Part shown: positions 44,785-53,437 of the stretch, piece by piece
How positions within the stretch are numbered: the first letter of the stretch is position 1
Layout of the letters: each line of letters starts with the position of its first letter
Virus record (IMG/VR): IMGVR_UViG_3300027741_000082
Coordinates: 1 to 54,627 of that record
Strand: one strand, 5' to 3'
DNA from: a virus
Taxonomy: Duplodnaviria; Caudoviricetes
DNA: 54,627 nucleotides
The notes under the pieces: model-generated
The model's input: only the letters and a program-made list of their open reading frames with translations
Told to the model about the DNA's origin: nothing
Database searches by the model: none
Program-made: the position numbers and the translations under genes

Positions 44785-46600
44785 CCTTGAAACCTACGAC
44801 CCTGACCTGAAGAGCAAGGGCAGCGGTTGGCCTATCAAGAACGGGCACGTTATCGGTATCGCCGTAGCGGTGCGCGGGGCTGAGTGGTACTTCCCCATCC
44901 GCCATGAGAACGGACCAAACCTTGATGTGAAGGCTACCCTTCGCTGGGTCAAGTCCATCTGTAACCTAGCAGATTGTACATACATATTTCATAATGCAAT
45001 GTACGACGTGGGTTGGTTGCGGGCTGAGGGCGTCGAGGTAGCGGGCCGCATCGTCGATACGATGGTTTCTGCTCCGCTTCTGGACGAGAACCGTTTCAGC
45101 TATGCGCTGAACTCGCTTGGTCGGGACTATCTCAATGAGACCAAGGACGAACGGGATCTGCGTGAGGCGGCACTGTCCATGGGGATCGACCCCAAGGCAG
45201 AGATGTACAAGTTGCCAGCGCACTTCGTCGGTCGGTATGCCGAGCAGGATGCGGCACTGACCCTGCGCTTGTGGCATCACCTCTACGGTCTGCTTGTGAA
45301 GGATGACCTCCTGTCAATCTTCGATCTGGAGATGCGCGTGTTCCGCGTGATCTTCGAGATGCGTAGCCGTGGGGTGCGCGTCGATCTGGAGAAGGCTGAC
45401 GGTGTGAAGCAGAAGCTTCTTGCCGAGGAGAACGCCCTGCTGTCCAAGATCAAGAAGACTTCTGGTGTTGAGGTCTCTGTCTGGGCAGCAGCCAGTGTGG
45501 CGAAAGCTTTTGATGCGGCTGGCCTTGAGTATCCACGCACTGCGGCAACCGGAGCCCCGAGCTTCACAAAGAATTTCCTGTCAAACCACAAGGCCGATCT
45601 GCCCAAGATGATTGTGAAGGCTCGTGAACTGAACAAGGCCCGCACCACCTTCATTGATTCGATCACCAAGCATGAGAGCAACGGTCGGATCTACGCTGAC
45701 ATCCACCAGCTGCGGAGCGACGAGGGCGGCACGATCACGGGTCGGTTCAGCTATTCGAACCCCAACCTTCAGCAGCTGCCAGCTCGCGATGAGTACATTG
45801 GCCCACTGATTCGCGGCCTGTTTCTTCCGGAAGAGGGCAACCTCTGGGGGTCCTTCGACTATTCCTCACAGGAACCACGGATCGTCGTGCACTATGCGGC
45901 GGCAGTGAAACTCCCGAAAGCTGATGACTTTGTCGATGAGTACCACAGGGACCCACGGTCTGACTTTCACCAGATTGCTGCCGATATTGTAGGTGTTCCT
46001 CGTAAGCAAGCAAAAACCATCAACCTAGGCCTGTTTTACGGGATGGGCGTGAACAAGCTAGCGGAGCAGCTGGGTTTGGATCTTGAGAGTGCGAAGGATT
46101 TGTTTGCCGTCTACCACAAAGAAGTTCCATTCGTGAAGCAGCTGTCCACCTACGCGAGCGGAGTGGCGGAAGAGAAGGGTCGTATCCGTACCCTGCTTGG
46201 TCGCGTCGGTCGGTTTGACAAGTGGGAGCCGACGGCGTTTGGTTCCAACAAACCTCTGCCCTTTGACGAAGCCGTAAAAGAATACGGTGGCCCCCGCAAT
46301 ATCAAGCGGGCGTTCACGTACAAGACCCTGAACAAACTGATCCAAGGGTCGGCGGCAGACCAGACGAAGAAGGCGATGGTTGACCTGTACGAGAACGGCA
46401 TCTTGCCAATGGTTCAGATCCACGATGAACTGGCGGTGTCGGTGGACAGTCCGGAGATGGCGCACAAGGTGATTGCCATCATGGAGAACTGCGTTCAGTT
46501 GGCAGTCCCGTCGGTTGTCGATGCAGAGGTGGGGCCTTCATGGGGTGAGGCCACCCACTCGCTTGGAGAGGATGGCCTCTTTTGGGGGGTCAAGAAGTAG
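44693..46600 (+). CDS. polA: Family A DNA polymerase with 3'-5' exonuclease (Leu762 type)
   Basis: DLET, HNAMYD, YAEQD; DYSSQEPR motif A, RKQAKTINLGLFYG motif B, QIHDEL motif C. Confidence 0.96.
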   Translation: MSTPYQYEHKTEWVMPDSYPNLSDAHEIAIDLETYDPDLKSKGSGWPIKNGHVIGIAVAVRGAEWYFPIRHENGPNLDVKATLRWVKSICNLADCTYIFHNAMYDVGWLRAEGVEVAGRIVDTMVSAPLLDENRFSYALNSLGRDYLNETKDERDLREAALSMGIDPKAEMYKLPAHFVGRYAEQDAALTLRLWHHLYGLLVKDDLLSIFDLEMRVFRVIFEMRSRGVRVDLEKADGVKQKLLAEENALLSKIKKTSGVEVSVWAAASVAKAFDAAGLEYPRTAATGAPSFTKNFLSNHKADLPKMIVKARELNKARTTFIDSITKHESNGRIYADIHQLRSDEGGTITGRFSYSNPNLQQLPARDEYIGPLIRGLFLPEEGNLWGSFDYSSQEPRIVVHYAAAVKLPKADDFVDEYHRDPRSDFHQIAADIVGVPRKQAKTINLGLFYGMGVNKLAEQLGLDLESAKDLFAVYHKEVPFVKQLSTYASGVAEEKGRIRTLLGRVGRFDKWEPTAFGSNKPLPFDEAVKEYGGPRNIKRAFTYKTLNKLIQGSAADQTKKAMVDLYENGILPMVQIHDELAVSVDSPEMAHKVIAIMENCVQLAVPSVVDAEVGPSWGEATHSLGEDGLFWGVKK

Positions 46601-46904
46601 GCTCTTCTTCAGAGGCTCTTCGAATCATTGCCTTCAGCAAGGCCTTGTCGGAGGGGGGCATGTAGTACCCCTCTCCGTAGCGACTGTGAATGTGAAACCC
46701 CTTGGTTGCCAGCACGTGGCGCAGACGGTAGACCGCCATACGAACCGTTGATTTTGAGTGCTGGATGCGCGGGTTGTAATCCACAATAGCCTGATAGAGT
46801 TCGTCCTTGGTCACCTCCTGCTTGAGCAAGAGCAGTTCGAGGAGCATCGACAGCTGTGCTGAAAGGTTCAATCCAGTTTTAATCTCCTTCAGTAATGCGT
46901 TCAT
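46590..46904 (-). CDS. Stand-alone OmpR/PhoB-type winged-helix DNA-binding protein
   Basis: L..LL....VTKDEL..TVRMAVYRLRHVL....IHSRYGEGY; no receiver domain. Confidence 0.75.
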   Translation of the reverse strand: MNALLKEIKTGLNLSAQLSMLLELLLLKQEVTKDELYQAIVDYNPRIQHSKSTVRMAVYRLRHVLATKGFHIHSRYGEGYYMPPSDKALLKAMIRRASEEEPTS

Positions 46905-47052
46905 GTCATAGGTCCTTTTATTGTTATGCGTGTAAAGCAGTTACTCTTGACACCCATTTTTAATTGTCACAGCAGTGTAAAAATATATCACATTTCCATG
47001 GGCTAATGCAAAGCCATCTCTGGAATAGACATGGTTCAACACGCGGGGCATC

Positions 47053-47469
47053 CTACTTCTTCGCCTTCTCTTCAACTGTAGGTACATCTTGTACAGGTGA
47101 ACCATAGAGCGTCTCCCTCAGATCGTGTTCTACTTGGGCCAGCACCACGTCGCGCATGTCCGAGCTCAAGGCTCCTCCGTCCTTTGCCATTGCAAGCTGT
47201 GCTGCAAAAGAGTCGTAAGCAATCGAGTCGATCCATGAGTCGGTATTGTTGGGGTCAAACGACAGGCGACTTTGTTTGACGCAGGATAGAATGACCACGA
47301 TGTCGTAAGCCGTGATGGTTTTGTTCAGGCGAATTGCCGCAAGTGCCGCCGCTCGTGTTGCCATTGGGTACATAGGTCCATATTGTTTGCCGCGTTCCTC
47401 GGTGATAGAAAGAGCCTTGCTCAAGATATCTTGATACCTCATAACTTCTTCTCCCAACTTATTGCTCAT
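47053..47469 (-). CDS. DUF6378-like protein
   Basis: ERGKQYG..VKQSR..DSWID..AY. Confidence 0.65.
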   Translation of the reverse strand: MSNKLGEEVMRYQDILSKALSITEERGKQYGPMYPMATRAAALAAIRLNKTITAYDIVVILSCVKQSRLSFDPNNTDSWIDSIAYDSFAAQLAMAKDGGALSSDMRDVVLAQVEHDLRETLYGSPVQDVPTVEEKAKK

Positions 47470-47789
47470 GCGTTACCAGCGGTTTTAAAATTCTCGGATA
47501 CAATTTCCATCGAACAATTGTACCCCTCTTTGCAGATGACGAGGAACTCCTCTAAGGGAATGCTGCTTTCCACAGCCAGATTGCAGATGTGGTACAGCAT
47601 GTTTAGCGCAAGGTACTCCCGACAAACATCGGCATCGTAGTCCCTCTCTTGTGCTACGTCGTAGAAAGCCCCAGTGATAGAGGCGTAGGCAAAGCTAGAT
47701 GCTGCCTTCCATGCTGCCTCATCCGGAAGGATGAGGCTCAATGCCTTGGCCCGTTCTTTTGCATTTACGGTGGATAAAAAATCAACCAT
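47466..47789 (-). CDS. Hypothetical protein
   Basis: Coupled ORF in the minus-strand operon. Confidence 0.7.
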   Translation of the reverse strand: MVDFLSTVNAKERAKALSLILPDEAAWKAASSFAYASITGAFYDVAQERDYDADVCREYLALNMLYHICNLAVESSIPLEEFLVICKEGYNCSMEIVSENFKTAGNA

Positions 47790-48240
47790 CTTCTTTCTCC
47801 AGTTTGCGAGTAAAAACTCTATCGTAATGTGTGGCGCACCAGCTGGTGCAATTGTGGGTAGGCTCTCCGCAAACGATGGGGTTGACCTCTCGGTTCATAA
47901 CCCACCGACATTGATAACGGCTGATGTCAAACAGCCTTGGCTTGTCGTCCATGCCCAGCTTGACCTTAAACAGGTTGGGGCTGTCCTCTATCCTTGGTCT
48001 TGTCCGCTTTACCAAAGGCCGCATGGCGGACAAAGGTGGATGCTTTCTTTCCGGGGTCACCGCCTTGACGGGTCTGGGCACACGGGGTTTACGCTCTGTC
48101 CGGAAGTTCCGGTGGATGAAACCAAGCACAGCATTGCGGGTCTTGTTGATCTCCGCCCCGATCTCCCGAGCGGACTTACCAAGCATCATCCCTGCCTTCA
48201 AGGTTTCTATGTCGTCCTCTGTCCATAAGATGTTCGCCAT
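47782..48240 (-). CDS. gcrA: GcrA-family cell-cycle regulator homologue
   Basis: WTEDDIETLK..G.SAREIG.....TRNAVLG..HR HTH; C-terminal CRW..CG....SWC..H; start moved to MANILW. Confidence 0.88.
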   Translation of the reverse strand: MANILWTEDDIETLKAGMMLGKSAREIGAEINKTRNAVLGFIHRNFRTERKPRVPRPVKAVTPERKHPPLSAMRPLVKRTRPRIEDSPNLFKVKLGMDDKPRLFDISRYQCRWVMNREVNPIVCGEPTHNCTSWCATHYDRVFTRKLEKEDG

Positions 48241-48503
48241 TACTCTAGGTGCTCCGGAATCTTTACTTGGTCCTGTGCCCACTTGATGTAGCCGCTATTG
48301 ATGGCGTCAAGTGCTTCAGTCAGCAGGGCCTCCAGCTCCTTCATAGACTTTGCCTTTGCTTGAAAGGTCTCGGTGTCGTAGCCCCACATGTGGTTGTTGC
48401 AGTAGTGTGCAAACCTTATTTCATATGTTGTTTCTTCTCCGTTTCCTCTGCGAAACAAGTGAAGCTTCTTTTCATGTACGTCATTGATATTAATGTACCG
48501 CAT
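48240..48503 (-). CDS. Hypothetical protein
   Basis: Start moved to MRYININD after AAGGAG. Confidence 0.65.
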   Translation of the reverse strand: MRYININDVHEKKLHLFRRGNGEETTYEIRFAHYCNNHMWGYDTETFQAKAKSMKELEALLTEALDAINSGYIKWAQDQVKIPEHLE

Positions 48504-48618
48504 GATTTTGAAACTCCTTTGGACGAGGAGGGGGAAGTGGAGCCCCCTCCTTAACCACAACGGCACAGGCCCCCATCAGGTGAACCACGATCAGCAACAT
48601 GAGGGCCCGCTTTATCAT
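48490..48618 (-). CDS. 42-aa secreted or lipoprotein-like peptide (not in ORF track)
   Basis: MIKRALMLLIVVHLMGAC-AVVVKEGAPLPPPRPKEF; ATGA overlap with the upstream gene. Confidence 0.55.
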   Translation of the reverse strand: MIKRALMLLIVVHLMGACAVVVKEGAPLPPPRPKEFQNHAVH

Positions 48619-48875
48619 GCCGCCTCCCCTTCGATGATGGTCACAGGAATTTCCGGATCACGTGACCGCAGGAAAATGACGCGGTCGACGATGTCATCGA
48701 TCACCTTTTCCCGAGCGGGTTCAGGCAGTTCCTTTATCAAAGAGAGGAAGAAGGTGTACATGTAACCATGCAGGAATCCTCCCCCATAAAGCATTGGGCG
48801 GGTGTTGCTGTCGTACACACGACGGATTTCGGTTTCGAGGTCCTTCATCAGAAGGTCAAACAGTTGGTTGCTCAT
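48615..48875 (-). CDS. Hypothetical protein
   Basis: AGAAAGGA RBS; minus-strand TTGACA at 48934-48939 upstream. Confidence 0.7.
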   Translation of the reverse strand: MSNQLFDLLMKDLETEIRRVYDSNTRPMLYGGGFLHGYMYTFFLSLIKELPEPAREKVIDDIVDRVIFLRSRDPEIPVTIIEGEAA

Positions 48876-48943
48876 CGCACTTAATCCTTTCTATGTCTAA
48901 GTGGAACTGTAAAGTGTCACTGTTTAGTTACATTGTCAAGCGA

Positions 48944-49219
48944 TTATTTTGGCTGGTCCTTCAACAGGGGAATCCTAAACTTTGTGAGGGGCGGCTTCCA
49001 AGCGTCTGCCTCCCAGAGGTTTTTCTTGTAGTAAGGATCGTTCTGAAACTTCAGTTCGATCCACATCTTCTGATCCTTGTCCGCCTTCAGTATCCTAAAG
49101 CGGATGCCGTGCTTTTGAGCCAGCTTGGTTGTTGCATCTGTCATCGGCACGTAGACATCACCCACATAGGTGTCCATCTCCACGCCAAGGGCTACCAGTT
49201 CCTCATACAGGGTTGGCAT
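48944..49219 (-). CDS. Hypothetical protein
   Basis: GGGAG RBS, 91-aa ORF. Confidence 0.65.
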   Translation of the reverse strand: MPTLYEELVALGVEMDTYVGDVYVPMTDATTKLAQKHGIRFRILKADKDQKMWIELKFQNDPYYKKNLWEADAWKPPLTKFRIPLLKDQPK

Positions 49220-49220
49220 A

Positions 49221-49343
49221 TCAGCTCTCCCGAAACCCTGCTGCCAGCTCGATAACTAGCTTTGCCAAGAAGGCCGTTATGCCGAGCACGATTATGACAG
49301 TAGCTATGTCAGTCGTGATACTCACCCACTGTTCTTCGCTCAT
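49221..49343 (-). CDS. 40-aa single-TM protein (not in ORF track)
   Basis: MSEEQWVSITTDIATVIIVLGITAFLAKLV..; AAGGA RBS, ATGA overlap. Confidence 0.6.
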   Translation of the reverse strand: MSEEQWVSITTDIATVIIVLGITAFLAKLVIELAAGFRES

Positions 49344-49531
49344 GGTCCTTTGTCCTTCACATCTTTTATGCCGAGCACCTTATAATACTTTAGGAGCACG
49401 GCACGTGCACTGTTTTTACTGATGTTAAACTTACGTCCTATCACCGCATAGGAACACCCCCTCTTCCGCATCTCGTGCATAGCTGCGCGTCGGATGGGGC
49501 GTTCCTCATGGGTGGCCTTGTAGGGAGCCAA
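49340..49531 (-). CDS. Small HTH protein
   Basis: RKRGCSYAVIGRKFNISKNSAR HTH pattern. Confidence 0.6.
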   Translation of the reverse strand: MAPYKATHEERPIRRAAMHEMRKRGCSYAVIGRKFNISKNSARAVLLKYYKVLGIKDVKDKGP

Positions 49532-49541
49532 TGTTTAGATC

Positions 49542-50048
49542 CTATACATTTAGGGAAGATTGTGCAGTTCCCTGCAACCACATCGTACTGGTAGAGTGGT
49601 CGAGGTTTTTGAGGGTAACGCTTCTCAATTCTCGCTCAACAATCTTATCCGAAACGATCAACGGTTCTTTCGTTTTAGGACGGCGACCAGCCTTATGTCC
49701 TGCCTTGTTCTTATTGCCGACAGGGCGTCCGAGCTTTTTACCCTTAGCCGAGAAGCGGACCTTTGATAGGTGGTCGTTGATCAATTGAGTGAAGGTTTGT
49801 CCTTCCGTAGGCCAGATGTACTTTGTCATTTGCTTTTCTCTTTCCTCTTTCTTTCCCAATGCTTCCCGCAGGGCGGAGTTACTTTGTTGCAATTGTTTGA
49901 TTGCATTATCAGCAAAATCAATTGCCGCCGCCGCTAGGCCGAGGAGTTTTCGTAGCTTCTCGATCTCGTCTGCGGCCTTGGCTCGGTCGGACCAATCCAT
50001 CTGGAATGACATCGGAACTTTCATCCGCAACCGTTCAACAATGTCCAT
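49542..50048 (-). CDS. AADEIExLR-family protein, apparently fused to a basic ORF starting at 49829
   Basis: MDIVERLR..AADEIEKLR; internal purine-rich RBS plus ATG at 49829. Confidence 0.6.
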   Translation of the reverse strand: MDIVERLRMKVPMSFQMDWSDRAKAADEIEKLRKLLGLAAAAIDFADNAIKQLQQSNSALREALGKKEEREKQMTKYIWPTEGQTFTQLINDHLSKVRFSAKGKKLGRPVGNKNKAGHKAGRRPKTKEPLIVSDKIVERELRSVTLKNLDHSTSTMWLQGTAQSSLNV

Positions 50049-50287
50049 CACTTGGCCTCCCGTGCTTTCATCATGGCATCTGCATAGGCGTATGCGTTTA
50101 TTTCAAACCATCCGCTTGCGGCACCACCTTCATCAAGGCACTTAGAAGCAAGCTTTTGATTTGACAGCAATCCGGTCAGTGCCGCCATTGCGAACTTGTC
50201 ACGCAGGGCTTTATGTTCTTGCTCTTTCTCCATCCGAAACCGCATTACTGCGGGATCAACGCCAGCTATATCGATCACATGATCCAT
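50048..50287 (-). CDS. Small phage protein (LRDxFAMAAL family)
   Basis: LRDKFAMAALTGLL..AY.YADAM. Confidence 0.75.
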   Translation of the reverse strand: MDHVIDIAGVDPAVMRFRMEKEQEHKALRDKFAMAALTGLLSNQKLASKCLDEGGAASGWFEINAYAYADAMMKAREAK

Positions 50288-50484
50288 CACTCTTTCCTCG
50301 TCTGGTTCATTGATACATTCTCCTGCAATCTGACGGCAGGGTTAGGCCATGTCCAACATTCCCCCGTGTCATCCTGAAAGCACACCCAAAGCAAGTGATG
50401 CTCCTGCCCGTAGTCAATTACAAAGTGGGCCTTAGCTGGTCCTTTGGGCGTGTCCATTGGGATGGTGGGGTTAAGTTGAAGCAT
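50287..50484 (-). CDS. Small phage protein
   Basis: MLQLNP.IP..TPKG..IDYG.EH.L.WVCF..GECW. Confidence 0.75.
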   Translation of the reverse strand: MLQLNPTIPMDTPKGPAKAHFVIDYGQEHHLLWVCFQDDTGECWTWPNPAVRLQENVSMNQTRKE

Positions 50485-50696
50485 CACTCTTTCCTCATTT
50501 GGTTCATTGATACATTTGCTTGCACTCCTTGCCATAATGCGTTCCGTGCCGCTGCCCATAGATCATATTCACCTTTGTCATAAAGTTTGTCGGAAATAAT
50601 CTCTAATGCTTCCCGCAGCCGTTCAATTTCGTCTGCGGCTTCTTTCTGATCTGGGTCATAAGCGGCGCATATCCGCAACCGTTCAACAATGTCCAT
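50484..50696 (-). CDS. AADEIExLR-family protein
   Basis: Start moved to MDIVERLR. Confidence 0.7.
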   Translation of the reverse strand: MDIVERLRICAAYDPDQKEAADEIERLREALEIISDKLYDKGEYDLWAAARNALWQGVQANVSMNQMRKE

Positions 50697-50821
50697 CACC
50701 GACTCCCTCTGGTAAATATATCCCGCAAAGCGTACCACATCAGCCAAGTCAGCATGATGACCGTGCCACCAAGCATGAACAAAACCCAGAGGCCAACAAC
50801 AAATTTGATAATGTCTTCCAT
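50696..50821 (-). CDS. 41-aa membrane protein (not in ORF track)
   Basis: MEDIIKFVVGLWVLFMLGGTVIMLTWLMWYAL..; TGATG overlaps at both ends. Confidence 0.65.
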   Translation of the reverse strand: MEDIIKFVVGLWVLFMLGGTVIMLTWLMWYALRDIFTRGSR

Positions 50822-51030
50822 CACTCACCACCTGTTGCTTTAGCAAGGGCGGCTTTTGCAGCGTCTATTTCGGGGGCAACTTTTTCCCAACGACAGGCTT
50901 CATACAAACCCGTCAACGCCTTTAACAATTTTTGATTTTCACCCCGCAACCGTTCAATTTCGTCAGCGGCCTTCTCTTCTTCCAGCTTCTCAATACGGGC
51001 GATTATATTTTCCAGCATATCCTTCGTCAT
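50821..51030 (-). CDS. AADEIExLR-family protein
   Basis: Start moved to MTKDML after AAGGAG. Confidence 0.7.
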   Translation of the reverse strand: MTKDMLENIIARIEKLEEEKAADEIERLRGENQKLLKALTGLYEACRWEKVAPEIDAAKAALAKATGGE

Positions 51031-51463
51031 CTTCTGGCTCCTTTGGTGGTGCTGCCTCAAGGGCAATGCGTTTGTATTCTTTGGTAGTCGGGTGGATTCC
51101 ATCAGGTGACGGGGTAAAGTGAATCACACCGTCGCCCATCGTGTTAGCAATCTTGCTAACCATGGCTTGTATCTTCGTGATGGTAACGTTCGCCTCCTTG
51201 GCGTTACCCTGCGGCATGATCCAGTAGACCGTGTCCGCAGATATCCGTCCTCTGATCTTCAACAGTTCGTAGTTCGTCGGCACATACTGGTGATCGTTAG
51301 AACCGACGCTGATGATGACGGTCTTCGCCTCCAGTATCTTGTCCGCATAGATCGTGCCAAACTGCACTGAGGACAGACCCACCTTGGCATAGACCTCACA
51401 CTCCGGTCGGTGCATTGCCACACCGACCGCGATGCTATCTCCGAGGATCATGCATTCCAGCAT
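50990..51463 (-). CDS. SGNH/GDSL hydrolase
   Basis: GDS block I, G block II, GSND block III, DGIHP block V. Confidence 0.85.
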   Translation of the reverse strand: MLECMILGDSIAVGVAMHRPECEVYAKVGLSSVQFGTIYADKILEAKTVIISVGSNDHQYVPTNYELLKIRGRISADTVYWIMPQGNAKEANVTITKIQAMVSKIANTMGDGVIHFTPSPDGIHPTTKEYKRIALEAAPPKEPEDDEGYAGKYNRPY

Positions 51464-51582
51464 CAAAAGAAACTCCGGACTGCCTCAACCAGTTCATCAG
51501 CGTAGTAAATGAACGGCAGCATCAAGGCAAAGAACAGGGTGTTGACGATCAGGTCGACCGTCTTGGGTGAAGGTTCGCTCAT
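51463..51582 (-). CDS. 39-aa membrane protein (not in ORF track)
   Basis: MSEPSPKTVDLIVNTLFFALMLPFIYY..; overlaps the neighbouring genes at both ends. Confidence 0.55.
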   Translation of the reverse strand: MSEPSPKTVDLIVNTLFFALMLPFIYYADELVEAVRSFF

Positions 51583-51878
51583 TTCTTTTTCTTCCTGTTC
51601 ATTACCCACACGATAGCCATTCGGGTTGACAGGTTGGGTCTGCGGCCTCCGCAGTCTCTGATGAGCCCATCCTGCCTCAACTCGGTGAAACGCGGCCTGA
51701 TTGCCAGAACGCTCTCTTCCAGAATGGCGGCGGCTTCATCGGCGGTGAGCCCCTTCTTGTGCTTCTTCAGGATGTCGATAACCAGACGGCGCAAGGTTCC
51801 TGCCCGTCCGGCAATCATCGCAGCGGCATCCTGACTGGTGTCTGTCCCCCGATAGCCCGCTCCCACATAATCACCCAT
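51579..51878 (-). CDS. Winged-helix DNA-binding protein
   Basis: TSQDAA..GLTADE.A..L....IRPR.TEL...GLI; start moved to MGDYVG. Confidence 0.75.
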   Translation of the reverse strand: MGDYVGAGYRGTDTSQDAAAMIAGRAGTLRRLVIDILKKHKKGLTADEAAAILEESVLAIRPRFTELRQDGLIRDCGGRRPNLSTRMAIVWVMNRKKKK

Positions 51879-52155
51879 GGTCGATCTCCACTTCATAAAC
51901 GTAATGCCACTCGGTGTTCTCATGATCCACCTCTGGATGCTCGAAGGTATACATGTCGCCTTGGTGAAACGGCACGGGTTCATCAAAGTCGGTGAGACCA
52001 GCCTCGCTTGAACCTTCGATGTAGTCCCGTTGCCAGATTTCCCACATTTCAGAGACGAGCTGGAGAGCTCGGGCCTCGGTGGCGCAGACGTTGACCACTG
52101 GCTCGCTCAAATTGCGACCGTCTGAAACGACCACCCATACTTTGTCCTTTGTCAT
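51871..52155 (-). CDS. Acidic hypothetical protein
   Basis: Start moved to MTKDKVW. Confidence 0.7.
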   Translation of the reverse strand: MTKDKVWVVVSDGRNLSEPVVNVCATEARALQLVSEMWEIWQRDYIEGSSEAGLTDFDEPVPFHQGDMYTFEHPEVDHENTEWHYVYEVEIDHG

Positions 52156-52156
52156 T

Positions 52157-52345
52157 TCAATCATCCCTCGATGCGTCTTCATAATTGTCCTCGGGATCTG
52201 TCTCGATCAAATCGTACGCGACATCCCCCATCTCCCATTCCTTGAATGGTATCTGGTCGACCCGCTCGAAAGCATCGTCCTCGTTGTGGGCCTCGACGAT
52301 GATCTCGTAAATGACCACCGCCTCGATCTTATATGCTCGTGTCAT
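52157..52345 (-). CDS. Small acidic protein
   Basis: IIVEAHNEDDAFE; coupled ORF. Confidence 0.7.
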   Translation of the reverse strand: MTRAYKIEAVVIYEIIVEAHNEDDAFERVDQIPFKEWEMGDVAYDLIETDPEDNYEDASRDD

Positions 52346-52605
52346 CAGTCTTTCCCCTCAAAGTGATCTCTTATTTCGTTTGCAACCCAGCTGACATCAC
52401 CGCAAACCAGCACTGCATGTTGGGTTGCGGGAGTGTTGACTAGACAAGCCTCGCCCACCAATCTCCGCAACCCCCTTGGCTCGTAGGGGGTGATGATGAT
52501 GGGGGTGTCACGGGTAATGAAGAAGGCTATCTCATTACCTTCACTGACAATCTCGTAATCAAGTTCTTCCTTTACCTCGGCCCGTGTCATGTAGAGCGGT
52601 TTCAT
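52345..52605 (-). CDS. Hypothetical protein
   Basis: AAGGAG RBS; coupled ORF. Confidence 0.7.
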   Translation of the reverse strand: MKPLYMTRAEVKEELDYEIVSEGNEIAFFITRDTPIIITPYEPRGLRRLVGEACLVNTPATQHAVLVCGDVSWVANEIRDHFEGKD

Positions 52606-52805
52606 TTATCATCTCCTTGCAAGAGTTCGGCACTGACGAGCTCGACAGAAACGTCGTCGTGGATGGGGTTGGTCCATTGTTCAATCGTCTCGGGGGCGTA
52701 AAAGATCATCCCGAGATCGTCTGAGTCAAGGGGTGTAGTGTCCAGTATGAAGGTCTTAGTTCCCGTGTACCGGACGGTGACGCGGTAGAGTTGTTTCTTT
52801 GCCAT
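52602..52805 (-). CDS. Hypothetical protein
   Basis: Coupled ORF. Confidence 0.7.
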   Translation of the reverse strand: MAKKQLYRVTVRYTGTKTFILDTTPLDSDDLGMIFYAPETIEQWTNPIHDDVSVELVSAELLQGDDK

Positions 52806-52807
52806 GG

Positions 52808-53437
52808 TCAGATGTACTCCACGATCTTGTAAGAAACGATGTCGCCATTGTCAGGATTTTCAGGATCGATAGACCACGTCAGGGCCGAGGCAACACACGG
52901 GTGTTGGGTGGGTTCCTGATTGCGGAACTTGACAAGAACAAGGGTCCGAGGACCTACCCCTTTGGGCAGAGTGCCTTTTAAATCGCCAAAGAAGGGCACA
53001 TAGCCGTCCTTTGCCCTTTCCCAGTCCTCCACTACCCGATAGGCGATGATGTCGCTCTCGTCGTATCTGCCCTCTGCCTGTGCCGCATAGTTGACATCCC
53101 AGTTGTAATGGCTTGCCAGTTCTGGGGACAAGACGTTGCCATCCCGCAGGATCACCGAGACGTAATCTTCGGGGCCGATACCACGAGGCATGGACTTCGA
53201 GTGTAGCGGAGGGTTCCAGAGCTTGTAGCCCGTCAGGTCCAGATCAGGTTCGACCGGAACCTCCGGCTCGAAGTAGTCAAACTTCTCGACAGAATAAACG
53301 AAATGGGTTTCGCCTGTCTCGTTCGCATGCCGCTGGGCATGTACCTGAGCGTCGGCACGTGTCCCATGCCAGTCGGCACTTGGAGCCTCGCGCAGGGCCC
53401 CGTGCATCTCCATGGATGATACAAAGAAAATAGTCAT
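52808..53437 (-). CDS. Hypothetical protein with an internally duplicated domain
   Basis: P.G.GP...V.V..R..W..DI.(A/S)Y..V occurs twice. Confidence 0.7.
   Translation of the reverse strand: MTIFFVSSMEMHGALREAPSADWHGTRADAQVHAQRHANETGETHFVYSVEKFDYFEPEVPVEPDLDLTGYKLWNPPLHSKSMPRGIGPEDYVSVILRDGNVLSPELASHYNWDVNYAAQAEGRYDESDIIAYRVVEDWERAKDGYVPFFGDLKGTLPKGVGPRTLVLVKFRNQEPTQHPCVASALTWSIDPENPDNGDIVSYKIVEYI

Noticed and set aside
46948-46971. TTGACA-N12-TGTCAC as another operator or promoter
   Set aside because: Spacing differs from the 1-nt operator and there is no -10 box at 17 nt
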